A stretch of 64,000 nt of DNA from Tubiluchus corallicola (Eukaryota > Animalia > Priapulida), in the NCBI GenBank assembly GCA_030141605.1, contig JAQGDQ010000344.1, positions 124,001-188,000 of the forward strand. The letters are read 5' to 3'. Shown one piece after another: positions 59,340-64,000 of this stretch. Both the position numbers and the translations under genes were made by a program. Each line of letters starts with the position of its first letter. Positions within the stretch are counted from its first letter, which is position 1. The notes under the pieces were generated by a model. That model saw nothing but the letters and a program-made list of their open reading frames with translations. It searched no databases and was not told the DNA's origin.

Positions 59340-59547
59340 TTAACGCACCGCACCGTGCAGCGCTGAAGAAATTTTGCCCATTCTGCGTGATCCAAACAGG
59401 TGCATGTTACCAGAGAATGTCATATCAGCTACGCTTAAACGTTCAGCGTCGCGGATATGACTTTCTCTGATGTCACCTAGTATACGGGGACCAATGTGAC
59501 CATGATCAAGAATTGAGTAGCCGCCTAATCGGTAGTCACAAAAACGA
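59340..59547 (-). CDS. Putative terminal exon of the VEGF-like gene
   Basis: gaacag acceptor, phase compatible with the previous exon, open frame RFCDYRLGGY...GAVR* with coding-like GC content; no homology support. Confidence 0.55.
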
Positions 59548-62500
59548 CTGTTCAGCATTGACAAAACACACACATAATCTTAGTTTCGTGAAAATAATGA
59601 TTTATGATGACAATAATACATAGTTATTTTTTTACAATAATCTCTCAAGTGTGCAATGTGCAGTGTGTTGAGCCATACTTAATATGGTTGGAAAGTATAT
59701 AATTATGTTGACATCACTTGAGTTCATTTTGATTTGGGGGATTTTATTCTAATCACACTTCATGCCCATGATAAATTAGAGTTGATCCAGTTCAGTTCAG
59801 CTTTATATCATTTTGTTAAAGTCACGTTATAGTTCATATTATCGGTAAGCTGCCACATGACATGTCTTACAATAACTTGTATTTTATTGTCATTTTCTTT
59901 GACAAAAATGAGCATACAAAGTTTCTTTGAATCACAAAAAGCCATGTCAGCTGCCATCAGCGCCAAGAATATGGTCTCGACATATTTCCTCTAAGTGATG
60001 ACCACAGGTGACTTCGCAGAAACCTCTAGAACCTCGCAAAAGAGCTAGAGAAAACCCGTGTGTACACCTAAAAGAGAGAATAAACAAAGAACAAAGAGAT
60101 GCAAAAAATTATTGTCAAGCTTAAGTAGTATAAATGATTTGCTGCTTCAACAGCCAAAATCGACTCAGAACAAGAAGCTGATGCAGAAAAATAACACACA
60201 AACGAATTTACAATACTACTCACAGCACTCATAAATCCAAACACTACCACTGCACACAGTTGCTTCCTTGTTTTAGCTTGATGAAATCTCGATAATTTAT
60301 CACAACTGTTCCATTAACGTTTCTGCTCCCAACTGGGTGTTATAATTCGCATATTTAACCTAATTTCTCACCTGCAAGATCTCTTATCTACATGTGAACC
60401 ATATGGACATGTTCTTTTTGGGCATTCACACATGCATTTTGTGTTGTTCCATATAAAGGGGGATTTGCAGTTTGAGGACAGACGGTGGTTTTTGCAAATA
60501 CATCCGCATTTCTTTTCATCGAATACGTGTGTCACAGGGTTGCATTCATTTGGTTTCTTCTAAAAAATGCAATATCCATTAAAACCAGCTAATCAAAATG
60601 ATTCTCTGTTTCAAAGCGAATCAGCGTTGACTTTGTTGCTTGTACAGTGCATTAAAATTGCGCAGTTTTTGTTTTAGAAAGTTCAATCCAAGACAGTCCT
60701 ATTGAAGAAGACATTGTATTTTTTCATCTTATTAAGGTTGTGATAAAGGTTCTGATTTTTTTTTACTAAAATAACATCTTATCAACATGACGATCGGGTT
60801 CCACTTTTACAATTACAGGTGCAATAGAATAATAAGCCCTTTAATAGTTTCGCTATAAGCACACACTGTTGCTGCAGGTCAAACATTAAGTGTCCCACAG
60901 CAAACCGTCTTAACTACAACCGTCAAGTGACATGTGTGTAACAAAGTCGTCTGCCGTGTCAGTTCAGTAAGGTCAGTTGTTTTACGTGGACAAAACTTAA
61001 CTATGCATTTAAAGTTAGCCTGTGCATAGAGTGATTTACTAGCAGGACCTTGTTTGAGAATACGAAAAAATGAACCAGGTAAAGTTCTTGCTAGCTGCAA
61101 AAACTGTTACTATTACAATAGCATGGGCTGCGATGCATTGTCAAGTGTACACAAATGCGCTGTCTGGTATACTTAACCAATACAACTGACAGCATTAGAA
61201 CTGATACAATAGAGAATAAAAGACGGTTTACCGAGGACCAGAAAGTCACTTTCGTTTACCCTTGTCATATGGCTGGCAGAAATATAGTAGTGACTAATAA
61301 ACCTATACTGCTTAAACTACAATATATGTATGCATACAGTAATATACGTAACAAGTTAAGTAAAATCCTGTAGTAGCAATCATTTCTTGATACCAATAAA
61401 AGTTTACTTCTACCTTGCACGAACACTGGCACTGGTCTTCTACGTGTCTTTCAAGAGGCACATATTCTTCTCCCAGTGGCATCAAAGCATTCACACCATC
61501 AATAGGATTATACCGTAATCTCACTATCTAGAAGAAAAATGCAGTTCAAACGACTGCAAATAGTGCAATTACAAGTTTCATTGTTGTGCCTGATTAACCT
61601 CCTGGCCATTGAGAAATTTCACTATTTGGGCAACATTCGTTAATTTTGTTGCAATGAGTATTTGCAGGTAAAAACAGTCAATAGATCTATCAAGAGGAGT
61701 TCTTGAGCTTTCTAATGATCACATTTTTTGTGTCAAGATCATTTTGGGGGGTTTTGCGCATTTTTCAGTAAATTAATTAAGTGTTTTATGCTGTTTTGTT
61801 CAGTGAATGGAGGGTTTTTCATAGGGTACTGACAGATTTTTCTCAAGTAGTTAAATTATTTGCCTGTTTAAGCAAAAATAGCCAACATCTTCAAATACCC
61901 AATTAGAATTATGTTATTTATGCAGGACATAATTTTTTTGTCCGCTAAAGTTGTGTAAAATTTCATGCAGCAAGCCACAGCTTAGCTGGAACAGTAGGTT
62001 GCCATGGTGTTTGTGACACGCAGCTGCTATGTTCATTGTCCTGCTGTTGCTTCTAACATCACACTGCCGGAAATGACATTGCTAAAGTTGGCATTGCTAT
62101 GGTGACTGGGCAATTTTTGTCTGCCATCTAGGGGCGAGTTTAAAAACAATGCAAGGGTACATTTGCACTGCTTGCAGTCGTATATGTGAGCAGTATGATA
62201 AGACCTTACGTATCTACTGCACAAGCATCTCTACAAAAACATTTATGCCTTATTACCTAAATAGGAATAAAATAGATGATAATGCACTTAGTCAAACAAC
62301 AGGGTCAACTTTGCTATAATCCGAACCATCCAGTTTCTTACTAAATGAAAAAGGTCTGCAGCTGCTGTAGCTGTATAATACAGTAAGCTTCCACTTACGA
62401 ATTATTAAGGCCTACCCCAATAAAGCAAATTCATAGTACCCAATTTTTCAACACGAAAAAGGAAAAATCTCGGAATATGCTTTTTCTCCTTAAACGTAAA

Positions 62501-62727
62501 TGGTACAACTTTTTAGTAACAGAGTATTCATCCACATATGAGATAACAGATGTTATTATGTAAAGTAGCTACATTTATCCTTGTCCATAATTGTCAAAAT
62601 CAAATTTTTTTACATGATAATTTTAACATAATGTTATTGTATACTGTGTATGTGTGATAAATGTAATTATAAGGTAGCTATAAAAATGATTTGTTTAATG
62701 TCTGTATGTAGTATAGACTAACATCAC

Positions 62728-62773
<46 letters not shown>

Positions 62774-62776
62774 TGC

Positions 62777-62816
<40 letters not shown>

Positions 62817-63257
62817 TGTTAGCTTTGCACCTGATGCATTTGTCCTGATACAGCATATCGTACATTGACGAAAGTCATAATAATAATAATCATTATTTTA
62901 CAGGTTAATATTTTAACATTAAATTTCTCTAATATGCAATCAAATTATAAGATAATAAAGATTTATAGGTACTTGCAAAATGCGCCATAAATTAAACTGC
63001 TATCTCGGACATAACCGTTGCCAAATTTAATTAAATTTAAAACTCTTAGTCTCTTACCTTATGGTAAACCGTTTCCATTATCCGTGGTTCGCATTCCAGC
63101 AGATTTGACCCACAGCAACCCGCACAGCGATCTATGACCACGCATGTTGGCCAAACAGTTTCCGAAGGATGACTTGGTTGGGGTATTGATACAATGGTTG
63201 GACGCGTTTGACATTTTGCTTGTTCAGCGGGTTTGCTTATGTAAATGGGAGGTTTTT
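59340..63257 (-). CDS. PDGF/VEGF-family growth factor (VEGF-C/D or Pvf-like), 3' part; 5' exons probably beyond the window end
   Basis: Exons 63058-63257, 61414-61527, 60372-60559, putative 59340-59547. WPTCVVIDRCAGCC...ECEP...H..DQCQC cystine-knot pattern followed by CXCXC repeats. Confidence 0.88.
60372..60559 (-). CDS. CXCXC-repeat exon of the VEGF-like gene
   Basis: KKPNECNPVTHVFDEKKCGCICKNHRLSSNCKSPFIWNNTKCMCECPKRTCPYGSHVDKRSC|gtgaga. Confidence 0.88.
60832..61178. mobile_element. MITE family E copy
   Basis: Colinear with 36415-36750. Confidence 0.75.
61414..61527 (-). CDS. PDGF/VEGF domain exon (C-terminal part)
   Basis: ttctag|IVRLRY...VPLERHVEDQCQCSCK|gtagaa. Confidence 0.88.
62728..62814. 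repeat. (GT)n(GCGT)n(GT)n compound microsatellite
   Basis: Direct observation. Confidence 0.95.
63058..63257 (-). CDS. PDGF/VEGF domain exon
   Basis: ttgcag|..AKCQTRPTIV...WPTCVVIDRCAGCCGSNLLECEP..HK|gtaaga. Confidence 0.92.
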
Positions 63258-63502
63258 CTGCAAGAATATTTTTGTGCATTGCAGTTGCTTATGATAAGTA
63301 GGTTATATTAGATAATCTAAATATAAAACCAACTTCTATATGTTAATGTACCCCAAAAGGCACATGAAATGGCCGAAAATTAGAAGAAAAGCTTTAGGTA
63401 GATGAGCTAGGGATACCACAAGTTGTTGTTCTTGCAAATCCTGAGTTGTCGTAATTTGTTATGAAACTACATTAAATGGAATTGTAAATATCGATCATTG
63501 TA

Positions 63503-63891
63503 ATAAGCTTTTTCTCAGTTCCAGCGATTGATGACGATCGTGAAAAGGTCAAAGGTTAAGTGTACCAGACAACACATTTGTGCACACTTGACAATGCCTC
63601 ACAGCCCAAGCTATTGTAATAGTAAGAGTTTTAACAGCTAGCTAGAACCTTAGCTTGTTCATTTTTTTGTTATCAATCAAGATCCTGCTAGTAAATCACT
63701 CTACGTACAGACTAATTCATAATTAAGTAAAGTCCACAAAGTACAACTGACGTTACAGAACTGACACGGCAGACGGCTTTGCTTTGCCCAATGTTAAGTG
63801 ACGGTTGTAGTTAAGATGCATTACTGTGGTACACTTGATCTTTGACCTGTAGCAACTGGGCGTGCGCAAAACGAAACTGTGAAAAGGCTCA
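63503..63891. mobile_element. MITE family E, inverted copy
   Basis: taagctttttctcagtt...aactgtgaaaaggctca. Confidence 0.75.
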
Positions 63892-64000
63892 TTTGCAGAT
63901 GTACCTTTATAAACAAGATGAAATCCCGCATTGACGGCGCTCCCGTCTGAGTGGAACATGATTTTTATACCAGGGGAGAAAACTTCTATTGGATCAGGAA

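Overview
AT-rich genomic DNA from an animal, probably an invertebrate bilaterian (inferred), with spliceosomal introns, so the ORF track captures only exon fragments. Four genes were reconstructed by hand from splice sites and reading frame: (1) the 3' exons of a KLHL8-like kelch protein (+, 2062-9618), including a GC-AG intron; (2) a complete 13-coding-exon SLC6 Na+/Cl- dependent glycine-transporter-like gene (+, 19931-40837, about 628 aa); (3) a complete 7-exon PEX10 (-, 57563-46089, about 298 aa); (4) the 3' part of a PDGF/VEGF-family growth factor with CXCXC repeats (-, 63257-59340). Introns carry many non-autonomous DNA transposons (hAT-, piggyBac-, Kolobok- and Tc1/pogo-like), a decayed LINE, tRNA-like heads and tandem repeats. 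The most unusual signal is a 324-bp palindrome in PEX10 intron 1 whose arms, with a third copy nearby, reconstruct a minimal hammerhead-ribozyme motif of the Penelope-like retroelement type. Also notable: tight same-strand VEGF-PEX10 packing, two overlapping uORFs before the SLC6 start, and inverted MITE pairs that bracket coding exons. No wholly new biological system can be demonstrated from the sequence alone.
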